A stretch of DNA of 64,000 nt. Source: Vicinamibacterales bacterium (GTDB taxonomy: Bacteria > Acidobacteriota > Vicinamibacteria > Vicinamibacterales > UBA8438). The first letter of the stretch is position 1. Every line of letters starts with the position of its first letter. The notes below the pieces were generated by a model. That model was not told the origin of the DNA. It worked only from the letters and a program-made list of their open reading frames with translations, and did no database searches. Below are positions 18,485-26,960 of the stretch, in pieces. Location: positions 3,542,091 through 3,606,090 of the forward strand of contig OZ244881.1 in NCBI GenBank assembly GCA_965221305.1, given 5' to 3'. The position numbers were made by a program, and so were the translations under genes.

Positions 18485-19845
18485 TGCCGAGGCGCACGGC
18501 AGGGGCCGGCAGGATGGCGCTCCGCAGGGTCCGGCGAATCGCGCTCGCCGGCGCCCTCGTCCTCGCGACGGGGGCGCCGGCCTCGGCGCAGCTCACGCCC
18601 GAGCTGATGCGCGCCCGCACCGAGCGCGAGTGGACGATCAAGGCCGACAAGATGCGGCGGCACCTGCTGCCGCTCATGCGCCGCCACGAGATCGACCTCT
18701 GGATCATCCTCAGCCGCGAGAACGCCCCCGACCCCGTCCTCGAGCTCTTCGGCGGCTATGGCGTCACCGGCTGGTACGGCCACCGCAACGCCTACCTGTT
18801 CTTCGATGCGGGGGGCGACGCCGGCCTCGAGACGACCGCCATCGGCACGCACCTGAGCGGTCATCTCCGCCCGTTCTACGACACCCGGACCCTCTACGGC
18901 GAGGAGGGGCTGATGCCCCACCTGAGCGAGTACCTCGCCGCGCGCGACCCCCGGCGCATCGCCGTCAACCAGTCGCGCACCATCAGCATGGCCGACGGCT
19001 TGACCGCCGAGCTCAAGGACTATCTGCTCGAGACCCTCGGCCCCGACCGCGCCGGCCGCCTCGTCTCGTCCGAGTCCCTCGTCGTCGACTACGCCTCCAC
19101 CCACACCGAGGCCGAGCACGAGGTGCAGCGCGAGGCCAGCACCGCCACGTTCGACATCCTGCGCCGCGCCTTCTCGAGCGACGTCATCACCCCCGGCCGC
19201 ACCACCCTGATGGACGTGCGCTACTGGATCACGGCCGAGTGGAAGCGCCTCGGCTTCGAGTTCAACTTCCCCGGCTCGCTCGACCTGCAGCGCCCCGGGG
19301 GCGTCAGCCTCGACGACTCGGACGACCCCGTCATCGAGCGCGGCGACCTCCTCCACGTCGACTTCGGGGTTCGCACGTCGGGCATCGTCGCCGACCAACA
19401 GAAGATGGCCTACGTGCTCCGCGAGGGCGAGACGGCCCCGCCCGAGGGGCTGATGCGGGCGTTCGAGGTCTCGTCGCGGGCGGCCGCGCTGATTCTCGAC
19501 GAGATGCGGGTCGGACGCACCGGCATCGCCATCAAGGAGGCGGCCGAGCGTCGCGCCGCCGAGGCCGGCATCGACCTCCTCGTCTACTCGCACGTCCAGG
19601 GCTACTGGGTGCACGACGCCGGCATGTGGGCGATCCACGACTGGCCCGAGCGTTACGGCGACCACCCTCGGTTCACGCTGAAGGACGGTGACTGGGTGTC
19701 GCTGGAGTTCGCGGTGACGGTAACGGTGCCCGAGTGGGACGGCCAGGCGGTCTCGATCATGCGGGAGGAGGACACGCTGATCAGGGCGGGGGCGGCGCCC
19801 GAGTACCTGTCGGGGCCGCAGGCGGGACTGTGGGTGATCCGGTGA
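18484..19845 (+). CDS. M24 family metallopeptidase (Xaa-Pro aminopeptidase-like), secreted
   Basis: The ATG overlaps the previous stop (GTGATG). Signal peptide is present. The pita-bread region shows DLLHVDFGV.., MAYVLREGE, YSHVQGYWVHDAG and SLEFAV. Confidence 0.75.
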   Translation: MPRRTAGAGRMALRRVRRIALAGALVLATGAPASAQLTPELMRARTEREWTIKADKMRRHLLPLMRRHEIDLWIILSRENAPDPVLELFGGYGVTGWYGHRNAYLFFDAGGDAGLETTAIGTHLSGHLRPFYDTRTLYGEEGLMPHLSEYLAARDPRRIAVNQSRTISMADGLTAELKDYLLETLGPDRAGRLVSSESLVVDYASTHTEAEHEVQREASTATFDILRRAFSSDVITPGRTTLMDVRYWITAEWKRLGFEFNFPGSLDLQRPGGVSLDDSDDPVIERGDLLHVDFGVRTSGIVADQQKMAYVLREGETAPPEGLMRAFEVSSRAAALILDEMRVGRTGIAIKEAAERRAAEAGIDLLVYSHVQGYWVHDAGMWAIHDWPERYGDHPRFTLKDGDWVSLEFAVTVTVPEWDGQAVSIMREEDTLIRAGAAPEYLSGPQAGLWVIR

Positions 19846-19865
19846 TGCTCGACGAGATGCGGGCA

Positions 19866-19975
19866 GCCGACACGGGGTCCGCGCTGGAAGGCGCGATGCG
19901 GCTCAACGAGGTCGAGTTCGGGCTCGGGCTGGCCGGGCGCCGACACGGGTCCGCGCTGGAAGGCGCGATGCGGCT
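19866..19975. repeat. 37-nt direct repeat x2 (period ~73) between the M24 peptidase stop and tRNA-Ser
   Basis: gccgacacgg(g)gtccgcgctggaaggcgcgatgcggct occurs at ~19866 and ~19939. Confidence 0.85.
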
Positions 19976-19980
19976 ATAAT
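19975..19980 (+). promoter_or_regulatory. TATAAT box ~44 nt upstream of tRNA-Ser (candidate -10)
   Basis: Perfect TATAAT in an otherwise GC-rich context. No convincing -35 element was found. Confidence 0.3.
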
Positions 19981-20024
19981 GGTCGATACGTAGCTCGCGC
20001 CCGCGGGCTGCGCACTACCGGCGT

Positions 20025-20118
20025 GGTGAGGTGGCCGAGCGGCTGAAGGCGGCGGTTTGCTAAACCGTTGAAGGGGCATAAACCTCTTCCCAGGGTTCGA
20101 ATCCCTGCCTCACCGCCA
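20025..20118 (+). tRNA. tRNA-Ser (anticodon GCU), CCA encoded
   Basis: Folded by hand. Acceptor GGTGAGG/CCTCACC. D stem GCC/GGC. Anticodon stem GCGGT/ACCGT with loop TTGCTAA. Long variable arm GAAGGGG..CCTCTTC. T arm CAGGG-TTCGAAT-CCCTG. Discriminator G plus CCA. Confidence 0.9.
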
Positions 20119-20360
20119 CCTCCGGTCCTGCAACCAGCCGGTCGTCGAAGGCCAGTGAAGGTGCGTCCGCCAACACGTGGGCGTTCCCGCCCGCCGAGCG
20201 CCTCGACGGGCTGGCTCTGACTCCCCTCATCGTTCCGGCCGAACCGCCACCTCCGGTCCTGCAACCAGCCGGTCGTCGAGGGGCCAGCGAAGGTGCGTCC
20301 GCCAACACGCCGGGCGTTCCCGCCCGCCGAGCGCCTCGACGGGCTGGCTCCGACTCCTCT
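20112..20360 (+). repeat. Tandem duplication (2 x ~115-131 bp) starting inside the tRNA-Ser 3' end
   Basis: accgccacctccggtcctgcaaccagccggtcgtcga..gtgcgtccgccaacacg..ggcgttcccgcccgccgagcgcctcgacgggctggctc occurs at ~20112 and again at ~20243. Both copies begin with the tRNA acceptor-3'/CCA sequence ACCGCCA. Confidence 0.85.
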
Positions 20361-20672
20361 CGACGGTCCAGCCGCCGCGTCGGTTCGCGAGCACGCCGCC
20401 CACCCGGCGGAGAGGACTTCGGCCGGTTCCGGCACGGTGCGGGTCGCCCGCTCCTCCGGGATTCCTGTCGGTTCACCACGACGCCGCGCCGACTCTTGCC
20501 GGGTAGACCAGGTGCAACCGGGCAAATCGGGGCTACGGGCTCCAAGGCACAGTAGCCGCGCGGCTGTCGCGAGCCGGGCCGCGCGAGACCGGGCGCGCGC
20601 AGGGAGCCCGCCGTGGAGCCGTCAGGATCGCGTCGGCAGTCGGGCGGGTACACTGCCGCAAGGAGGTCTGCC

Positions 20673-21560
20673 GTGGTCAGGATGGTGTGCTGGAACATCA
20701 ACCGCAGCCCCGACGCGTTCACCGAGCTCGGTGAGATGCCCGACGTCGACGTCGCCTTGTTGCAGGAAGTGGGCAAGGGCGCGGCCCGGCGAATAGCGGA
20801 CATCACCGGTGAACGAGTGCCCTGGAACTGGAACCGGTCGAGCAACTGGCCGGCGGTGGTGCGGCTGTCGGACCGGGTCCGGGTCGACCGGTTCGAGCCC
20901 GTCGCCGCCGAGCGTCAGGGCATGCCGCTGGACGCGATCGCGGTCAGCGATGCGCGCACCCTCGCGGCCGCGCGCGTCACGCCGCTGCGTGGCGGGAAGC
21001 CGGCCCTCGAGTCGTTCTTCGTCTTCTCGATGCACGCACGCTGGCTGTATCCGCATCCGCAGGCGGACCGCGCCCGCCCGCGGGGAGGCCAGGCCGTCCA
21101 TGCCTACACCGACGGCTCCGCGCACCGGATCATCTCCGATGTCTCGGCGTTCATCACGCACACGAATCCCTCGTCGCACCGCCTGTTGGCGGCGGGCGAC
21201 CTCGGCACGATCCACCAGGCGGCGGACAACAGCAGAATGGAGAATCCCGTCCGCGCGCGGACCATCTTCGACCGGATGCAGGCGCTGGGTCTGGTATTCA
21301 TGGGACCCCAGTGGCCGGATGCGAACCGACAGGCATATCCCCTCCCGCCGGGCGTGCCGAAAGACACGAGGAACGTGCCCACGTGGGTGGCCGGCCGGCA
21401 GCGGCGCCTCATGCTCGACGAGGACATCGTCAGCGGGTTTCAGTACGACTACGTGTTCGCCTCCCGGGGGTTCCACGACCGGGTGCACGTGCACGCCATG
21501 AACGATGCCGCGGGATTCGGGCCGAGCACCCACTGCCGGATACGGATCGACGTGGCGTAG
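20673..21560 (+). CDS. Endonuclease/exonuclease/phosphatase (EEP) family protein
   Basis: GTG start 6 nt after AAGGAGG. The N-terminal sequence VVRMVCWNINRS..DVDVALLQEV is typical of EEP-fold enzymes. The C-terminal H (STHCRIRIDV) is consistent with the catalytic His. Confidence 0.65.
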   Translation: MVRMVCWNINRSPDAFTELGEMPDVDVALLQEVGKGAARRIADITGERVPWNWNRSSNWPAVVRLSDRVRVDRFEPVAAERQGMPLDAIAVSDARTLAAARVTPLRGGKPALESFFVFSMHARWLYPHPQADRARPRGGQAVHAYTDGSAHRIISDVSAFITHTNPSSHRLLAAGDLGTIHQAADNSRMENPVRARTIFDRMQALGLVFMGPQWPDANRQAYPLPPGVPKDTRNVPTWVAGRQRRLMLDEDIVSGFQYDYVFASRGFHDRVHVHAMNDAAGFGPSTHCRIRIDVA

Positions 21561-21786
21561 AGTCGGCCAGGCGGTTGCGACGGCGGCGCGGGTCGACTAA
21601 CCTGCGCGAGATGAAGGCGCTGCTCCGGCGGCTTGCGTTCGCCATCGGAGCGGTGGCGGCCATCGGGGGGCTCGCCGCCGCGGCGCTGCCGGGCACCGCG
21701 CAGCGCGGCGGGTCGAGGTCGCGTCGCGGTCTCCGGGTTCACCGTGAGCACCTCGCGCGCTTGGCGCTTTCCTTCCGGAGTAACCG

Positions 21787-23319
21787 ATGAAACCGATGAA
21801 GACGCGACACATCCCGCTTCGGCCGGCATCCCGTACCACCGCGGTCGCCGTGCTTGCGCTCGTCCTGGCTGCCGGGCCTGCGCTCCACGGGCAGCAGTCG
21901 TCGGCGGACGACCCCGCCGTCGCCGATGCCCTTCATCTGCTCGACACCTGGATGGACGCGGCGCAGGCCTACGGGGGCATCCCGGGCGCCTCGCTGTCGG
22001 TGGTGCACGACCAGGAGCTCGTCTGGGCGAAGGGTTACGGGTACGCGCACGTCGAACGGGAAGAACCCGCGACGGCGTCGACCCTGTACTCCATCTGCTC
22101 CATCTCGAAGCTCTTCACCGCGGTCGGCGTGCTGCAGTTGCGCGACCAGGGCAAGGTGGCTCTCGACGACCCGATGGCGAAGCACCTCGACTGGTTCCAC
22201 ATCCAGGACCACGACCCCGAGACGGGCCCGGTCACCGTCGAGGGGCTGCTCACCCACACCTCGGGCCTCCCGCGCGAGGCGAAGGCGCCGTACTGGACCG
22301 GCCCCGACTATCCCTTCCCGACCCGCGAGGAGATCGTCGCGAGGCTGCCCACGCAGTCGATGCTGTATCCCCCGCGCACCTACTACCAGTACTCGAACCT
22401 GGGACTCACCCTGGCCGGCGAGATCGTGGCGGCTGGGTCGGGGCAGGCCTACGGCGACTACGTCCGCGCGAACATCCTCGACCCGCTGGGGATGACGAGC
22501 ACCTTCACCGACCACGAGGACCGCTTCCGCGGCAACCGGCTCGCGAGCGGCTACACCGCGCGAGGGCGCGACGGCGAGCGCAAGCTGGTTCCCGACTACC
22601 GGGTGCGCGGCATCAGCCCCGCCGCCGGGTTCATCTCGACGGTGGAGGACCTGGCGCGCTTCGCGTCGTGGCAGTTCCGCGTGCTCGACGGCGACGACGC
22701 CCTGCTCGACCGCAGCACGCTGCGCGAGATGCACCGCGTGCACTGGCTCGAGCCCGACGGCGAGACCACCTACGGGCTCGGCTTCTCGGTGTGGAAGTCG
22801 GACGGCGACACCTTCGTGGGGCACGGCGGCTCGTGCCCGGGGTACCGCAGCCACCTCCTGCTGCGCCCGCAGGACGAGGTCGCCACCGTGTTCATGACCA
22901 ACGGAGGGGGCGTCAACGCCCGCCGGTTCGCGCAGACCGCCTACGACATCGTCGCGCCCGCCCTGCGCGCGGCGGCGGGGAAGGCGGACGGCGATACTGC
23001 CGCCGATGAGGCTCCGGAAAGCACCGAGGGCGGCGTCGCGCCGGCTCGCGAGACCCTGGAGCGCTTCACCGGCGCTTACCAGCGGCCTCTCGGGGGAGAG
23101 AGCGCGGTGCTCGTGCGGGAAGGCGATCTGCACGTGCTGTCGCTCCCCACCGACAACCCGCTGAGCGCCCTGACCCGGCTCCGCCACGTCGAGGGCGGCG
23201 CCTTCCGGCGGGTGCGCGACAACGGCGACCTGGGCGAGGAGTTCGTCTTCGAGGAGCTGTCCGACGGGCGGATGTTGATGTGGCGCAACGAGAACTACAG
23301 CGTCCGCGCGGCCGAGTGA
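21787..23319 (+). CDS. Serine hydrolase, beta-lactamase/PBP4-like family, secreted
   Basis: Signal peptide is present. SxxK motif (CSISKLF), YSNLG motif and a HGG triad-like motif are present. 510 aa with an extra C-terminal domain. Confidence 0.8.
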   Translation: MKPMKTRHIPLRPASRTTAVAVLALVLAAGPALHGQQSSADDPAVADALHLLDTWMDAAQAYGGIPGASLSVVHDQELVWAKGYGYAHVEREEPATASTLYSICSISKLFTAVGVLQLRDQGKVALDDPMAKHLDWFHIQDHDPETGPVTVEGLLTHTSGLPREAKAPYWTGPDYPFPTREEIVARLPTQSMLYPPRTYYQYSNLGLTLAGEIVAAGSGQAYGDYVRANILDPLGMTSTFTDHEDRFRGNRLASGYTARGRDGERKLVPDYRVRGISPAAGFISTVEDLARFASWQFRVLDGDDALLDRSTLREMHRVHWLEPDGETTYGLGFSVWKSDGDTFVGHGGSCPGYRSHLLLRPQDEVATVFMTNGGGVNARRFAQTAYDIVAPALRAAAGKADGDTAADEAPESTEGGVAPARETLERFTGAYQRPLGGESAVLVREGDLHVLSLPTDNPLSALTRLRHVEGGAFRRVRDNGDLGEEFVFEELSDGRMLMWRNENYSVRAAE

Positions 23320-23383
23320 GGCGGACGGGCGGCTTCGAAGCCGGACCCCCCGGCGCACCCGCCGGTGGTAGACTGGGCGCACC

Positions 23384-23914
23384 ATGCAAGTAGCCATCCG
23401 AGCCGTCGTCGTCGTCGTTTGCCTGCTGCTCGTCCCGGTGACCGCGGTCCTCACCGCGGCCGTCAAGCAGCGCTTCGCCGACGGCCCGAACCGGCTGTTC
23501 TCGGGCGGGCCGCTCGAGGCGGGCGAGCTGTACGCCGGCCCTGAGCCGGACTGGAGCTTCGTCGCGGACATCCCGACGATCGAGCTGCAGTTGATGGACC
23601 CGCCTCGGTCGCGGCGCATCTGGGTCCAGGAGCACGACGGAAAGCTCTACGTCTGGTCCGGCTATATGGGCACGGTGGTTGGCCGGATGTGGAAGAAGTG
23701 GCCGGACCAGGCCGAGCGGGACGGTCGTGCGGTGCTGCGCATCGAAGGCAAGCGCTACGAGCGGCAGCTCGTGCGCATCGAGTCGGGCGCCGTCCTCGAC
23801 GGCATCACCGGCGCGATCAGGGCCAAGTACCCGTCGCAACTCACTCGGGCCGGCGTGGAGGCCGGAGACTCGTGGGTATTCGAGGCGGCGCCGCGCCGGG
23901 CGCCGGCGCCGTAG
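23384..23914 (+). CDS. Membrane-anchored hypothetical protein
   Basis: N-terminal TM helix AVVVVVCLLLVPVTAVLTAAV and high GC3. There is a weak resemblance to DUF385/split-barrel proteins only. Confidence 0.5.
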   Translation: MQVAIRAVVVVVCLLLVPVTAVLTAAVKQRFADGPNRLFSGGPLEAGELYAGPEPDWSFVADIPTIELQLMDPPRSRRIWVQEHDGKLYVWSGYMGTVVGRMWKKWPDQAERDGRAVLRIEGKRYERQLVRIESGAVLDGITGAIRAKYPSQLTRAGVEAGDSWVFEAAPRRAPAP

Positions 23915-24066
23915 AGCGGCGCCGCCTCCGGAGGCGGCGCAGACTCGCTGCAGGGTCGGTCAGGCGCCGAGCGGAGGCCACGACGCGACCTGGCGGTCAG
24001 GTTTCGGCGACGGCCGGCGGGCGAGGCCTCTGCGTGAGGCGGTACTGACTCCTGGAGGTTTCGGCC

Positions 24067-24243
24067 ATGGGACTCGCGAGCGACGATCTTCGGGGCGCCA
24101 TCATGGGACATCCCATGAAGTACTTCTACCTGGGCGTCGCGGGGGTGCTCGCGGCGACGGTTCTTGCGGTTCTGTTCATGCCCGGTGTGGACGATTTCGT
24201 GGAGCGGACGTTCCAGGGCTACGTCGGCCGCGCCGCCCGCTGA
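24067..24243 (+). CDS. Possible small membrane protein (58 aa)
   Basis: Below the track size cut-off. One TM helix (YLGVAGVLAATVLAVLFM). It ends 9 nt before the DUF1499 gene. Confidence 0.3.
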   Translation: MGLASDDLRGAIMGHPMKYFYLGVAGVLAATVLAVLFMPGVDDFVERTFQGYVGRAAR

Positions 24244-24251
24244 GACCCGCC

Positions 24252-24953
24252 ATGAAGTTGAAGTCTTGGGTGGCCTGGGGCGCGGCGGCGGGCAGCGCCG
24301 CCGTCGTCCTCGCGCCGCTCGCCTATCGCGTCGGCGCGCCGCTGGGGCTGGCCTTTCTGCTGCTCGCCGGCGGCTTCCTCGCGGCCGCCGTCTGCGGACT
24401 TCTCCTCGTGCTGCGGATGGTGCGGCGGACGGGGCTGCGCGACCGCGAGGCCGGGGCCGTCCTCGCCGCCGCCGTCGTCGTGGGCGCCTTCCCGATCGCG
24501 GCGCTGCTCTCGGGCGGCGGCGCCCCGCCCATCCACGACATCACCACCGACACCGACGACCCGCCTGCGTTCGTCGCCGCGGTCCCGCTGAACGCGCCGG
24601 GCCGCACCGACTACGACCCGGCCGTGGGCGATCAGCAGCGGGCCGCCTATCCCGACCTCGCGCCGGCGATGCTAACGCTGGCGCCGGCCGCCGCGTTCGA
24701 CCGGGCCCTCGCGGTGGTCGACGAGATGGGCTGGGAGATGCTTGCCGCTGACGCCGGTGAGCTCCGTATCGAGGCGACGGACCGCTCGTTCTGGTTCGGG
24801 TTCGCCGACGACGTCGTCGTCCGCGTCGAACCCGACGGCGAGGCCGGCAGCCGCGTCGACGTCCGCTCGCTGTCCCGCGTCGGCGGCGGTGACCTCGGCG
24901 TCAACGCCCGCCGCGTGCGCGCGTTCGTCGACGCGCTGAGCGAGCCGCGGTGA
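24252..24953 (+). CDS. DUF1499 domain-containing membrane protein
   Basis: Internal ATG of track ORF 23679..24953. Two or three TM helices are followed by PPIHDITTDTDDPPAF..DRSFWFGFADDVVVRV..RSLSRVGGGDLGVNARRVRAF, which I recall as the DUF1499 signature. Confidence 0.7.
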   Translation: MKLKSWVAWGAAAGSAAVVLAPLAYRVGAPLGLAFLLLAGGFLAAAVCGLLLVLRMVRRTGLRDREAGAVLAAAVVVGAFPIAALLSGGGAPPIHDITTDTDDPPAFVAAVPLNAPGRTDYDPAVGDQQRAAYPDLAPAMLTLAPAAAFDRALAVVDEMGWEMLAADAGELRIEATDRSFWFGFADDVVVRVEPDGEAGSRVDVRSLSRVGGGDLGVNARRVRAFVDALSEPR

Positions 24954-25057
24954 CGCGACTCCGTCGAGCTCGCCGGCCTCGGCCAACCTCGTCGAGGCGG
25001 CGGCGTCATGAGCTGCTGCCGGAGCGGGGCGACGACGAAACGAACTCCGCCGGCCGG

Positions 25058-26068
25058 TCAGCGGTGGCGATCGAGGTAGGCGCGCAGCCGCGCCGCCTCG
25101 CCGGCCGCCGCGGGGTCGCGTTCCACCTGGTGCAGCCGGGTCCGGACCACGAACAGGTCCATGTCCTTCTCGCTCGGCGCGTCGCGATCGACGATCTCCT
25201 GCACCTTCCGCACGAAGAAGCTGCCCCAGTCCGGCCGGCGACCGTCCACGTCGGTGAAGCCGTACTCCTTCGCCAGCCCCCAGCTCGAGAATAGGCCGCC
25301 GCTTCTGGCCCCGACGTCGGGGTCGGCGGCCAGCGCCGCCACCGCGCGCCCGACGTAGCATGGCGTCTCGGACTCGGCGAAGTAGGGGTCGTCGGCGATG
25401 GCGTCCCGCCAGTTCGCCTCGGCGACTCCGAAGTGGTCGAGCACCGCCTCGGAGCGCAGCATGCCCGGCGTGAGGGCCACCGCCGTCACCCCGTGCGCAT
25501 GCAGGTCGGCCGCCATCGCGTAGGCGAGACGGATGACCGCGTTCTTCGCGAGGTCGTAGAAGAGGTTGCCGCGGTACCCGAGCGTATCGCCGTCGGTGAT
25601 CTCGACGACGAGCCCGGCGTTGCCCTCGACCATCAGCGGGACGCCGTGCCGGCTCGTGACGATGTGGCTGTGGACCGCTCCTTCCAGCAGCGCGAGTCCC
25701 TGCGGGGTAGAGAGCTCCCAGAAGGGGCTGCCCCATTCGGTCAGGGCGTCGCCGCCCCAGACGTCGTTGACCAGGACGTCGAGCCGGCCCTGCTCCTCAC
25801 GGACGCGGGCGAAGAGCCGCTCGACCTCGGCCTCGTCGGTGTGGTCGGTCCGGACGGCGATGCCGCGGCCCCCCGCCCCCGTCACCAGGTCCGCCGTCTC
25901 CTCGATGGTCTCGGGCCGCCCCGCGGTGGCGGGCCGCCCCCGCACGCTGCGGCCGGTGCAGTAGACGGTGGCGCCGGCCGCTCCCAGCATGCGGGCGATG
26001 CCGCGCCCGGCGCCGCGGGTGGCCCCGGCGACGACGGCGACCTGGTTCAGGAGAGGCTGGTCGGGCAT
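25058..26068 (-). CDS. SDR family oxidoreductase
   Basis: N-terminal Rossmann motif VAVVAGATRGAGRGIA, plus NAV..YDLAK (YxxxK). Confidence 0.85.
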   Translation of the reverse strand: MPDQPLLNQVAVVAGATRGAGRGIARMLGAAGATVYCTGRSVRGRPATAGRPETIEETADLVTGAGGRGIAVRTDHTDEAEVERLFARVREEQGRLDVLVNDVWGGDALTEWGSPFWELSTPQGLALLEGAVHSHIVTSRHGVPLMVEGNAGLVVEITDGDTLGYRGNLFYDLAKNAVIRLAYAMAADLHAHGVTAVALTPGMLRSEAVLDHFGVAEANWRDAIADDPYFAESETPCYVGRAVAALAADPDVGARSGGLFSSWGLAKEYGFTDVDGRRPDWGSFFVRKVQEIVDRDAPSEKDMDLFVVRTRLHQVERDPAAAGEAARLRAYLDRHR

Positions 26069-26256
26069 GGCGCTCCCTTCGGGTCGGGCTGCTCGTCCGG
26101 TCCGTCGATGGTATCGACAGGCGCGTGGAGGTCAGCGCTTCCGCGCGCCGGCGTGCGGTCGATTTCGCTGTCGTACAGGCTGCCAAGAATGCTGTCAGCC
26201 AGAGCATGTCCATTCGCATAAGTCGCTTTTTTTCAGTATTTTGAACTGTCGCAAAA

Positions 26257-26301
26257 GGCGTCATGAACGGTGCCATGAAAGGCGTCATGAACGGTGCCAT
26301 G
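26257..26301 (+). repeat. 24-bp tandem duplication x1.9 at the start of ORF 26263
   Basis: ggcgtcatgaacggtgccatg(aaa) occurs twice in the lowest-GC part of the window (~42-52% GC). Confidence 0.85.
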
Positions 26302-26697
26302 TTACGCGCCGTGGACTGGAGGCGGTTCAGTTTCGAGTGCCAGCTCCGCATCAAGACCAAGCTGAACCGCGTGGTCTACCGTTCCACCCTGGTCCGGGCC
26401 TTCAACCAGCGGGCCGGCAAGCGCCGCCGCGTCATCAACCAGCGCGAGTACCGCTTCCTGGATTTCCTCCTGAAGGAAACCGAGCCCGTCGATCCCTTTG
26501 CCGAGGAGCCTTCGTTGAAGATCGCGTACTCGGAACTTCGCCAGGCGCCGTACGTCCGAGGCGTGTACCGCAACGTCAAGCCCCGCACGTTCCATCGCGA
26601 GCTGACGAGGCTGGCCGAAATGGGGTTCATCAGGTTCCTGGTCCGGCAGCCGGAGCCCACCATCGAGATCGATTTCGGGGCAATCGGCAAGTACTGA
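26263..26697 (+). CDS. Hypothetical protein with probable C-terminal winged-helix (possible gene remnant)
   Basis: 144 aa with high GC3, so probably real coding sequence. KPRTFHRELTRLAEMGFIRF resembles the wHTH at the C-terminus of Fic-type proteins (weak, from memory). No recognisable N-terminal domain. Confidence 0.5.
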   Translation: MNGAMKGVMNGAMLRAVDWRRFSFECQLRIKTKLNRVVYRSTLVRAFNQRAGKRRRVINQREYRFLDFLLKETEPVDPFAEEPSLKIAYSELRQAPYVRGVYRNVKPRTFHRELTRLAEMGFIRFLVRQPEPTIEIDFGAIGKY

Positions 26698-26738
26698 GCG
26701 CGCGTCCGCTCCGGTGCGCGGACGTCGGCGGTTCAGGC

Positions 26739-26791
26739 CAGCACGGGATGCCGAATCGGTTCGTTCTGGCACGCGTGAGCGCCCTGCCACG
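26739..26791. repeat. Left copy of an imperfect direct repeat bracketing the BREX cassette
   Basis: ~40/53 identity to 42396..42448, including the perfect 14-mer GCCGAATCGGTTCG (26750-26763 versus 42407-42420). Confidence 0.6.
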
Positions 26792-26960
26792 TCAGAGTTG
26801 AGCCGGCGTTCGAAGCCCGAGCTGCCAGCCGTACCGCTGCCCGCCCAACCCATCCTGTACCGAGTCGCCGTCGTCCCCGGAGCGGCGCGCCGCCCCAGCT
26901 CCGCCAACCGTTGCCTGCGGCTCCGCTTGGCGCTTGCTACGGCGCAGGTCCTGAGCTTCG

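Noticed and set aside
21611-21790. A 59-aa signal-peptide-like ORF (MKALLRRLAFAIGAVAAIGG..) just upstream of the serine hydrolase gene.
   Set aside because: After the hydrophobic segment the sequence is R/S/G-rich and it overlaps the hydrolase start. There is too little evidence to call it a gene.
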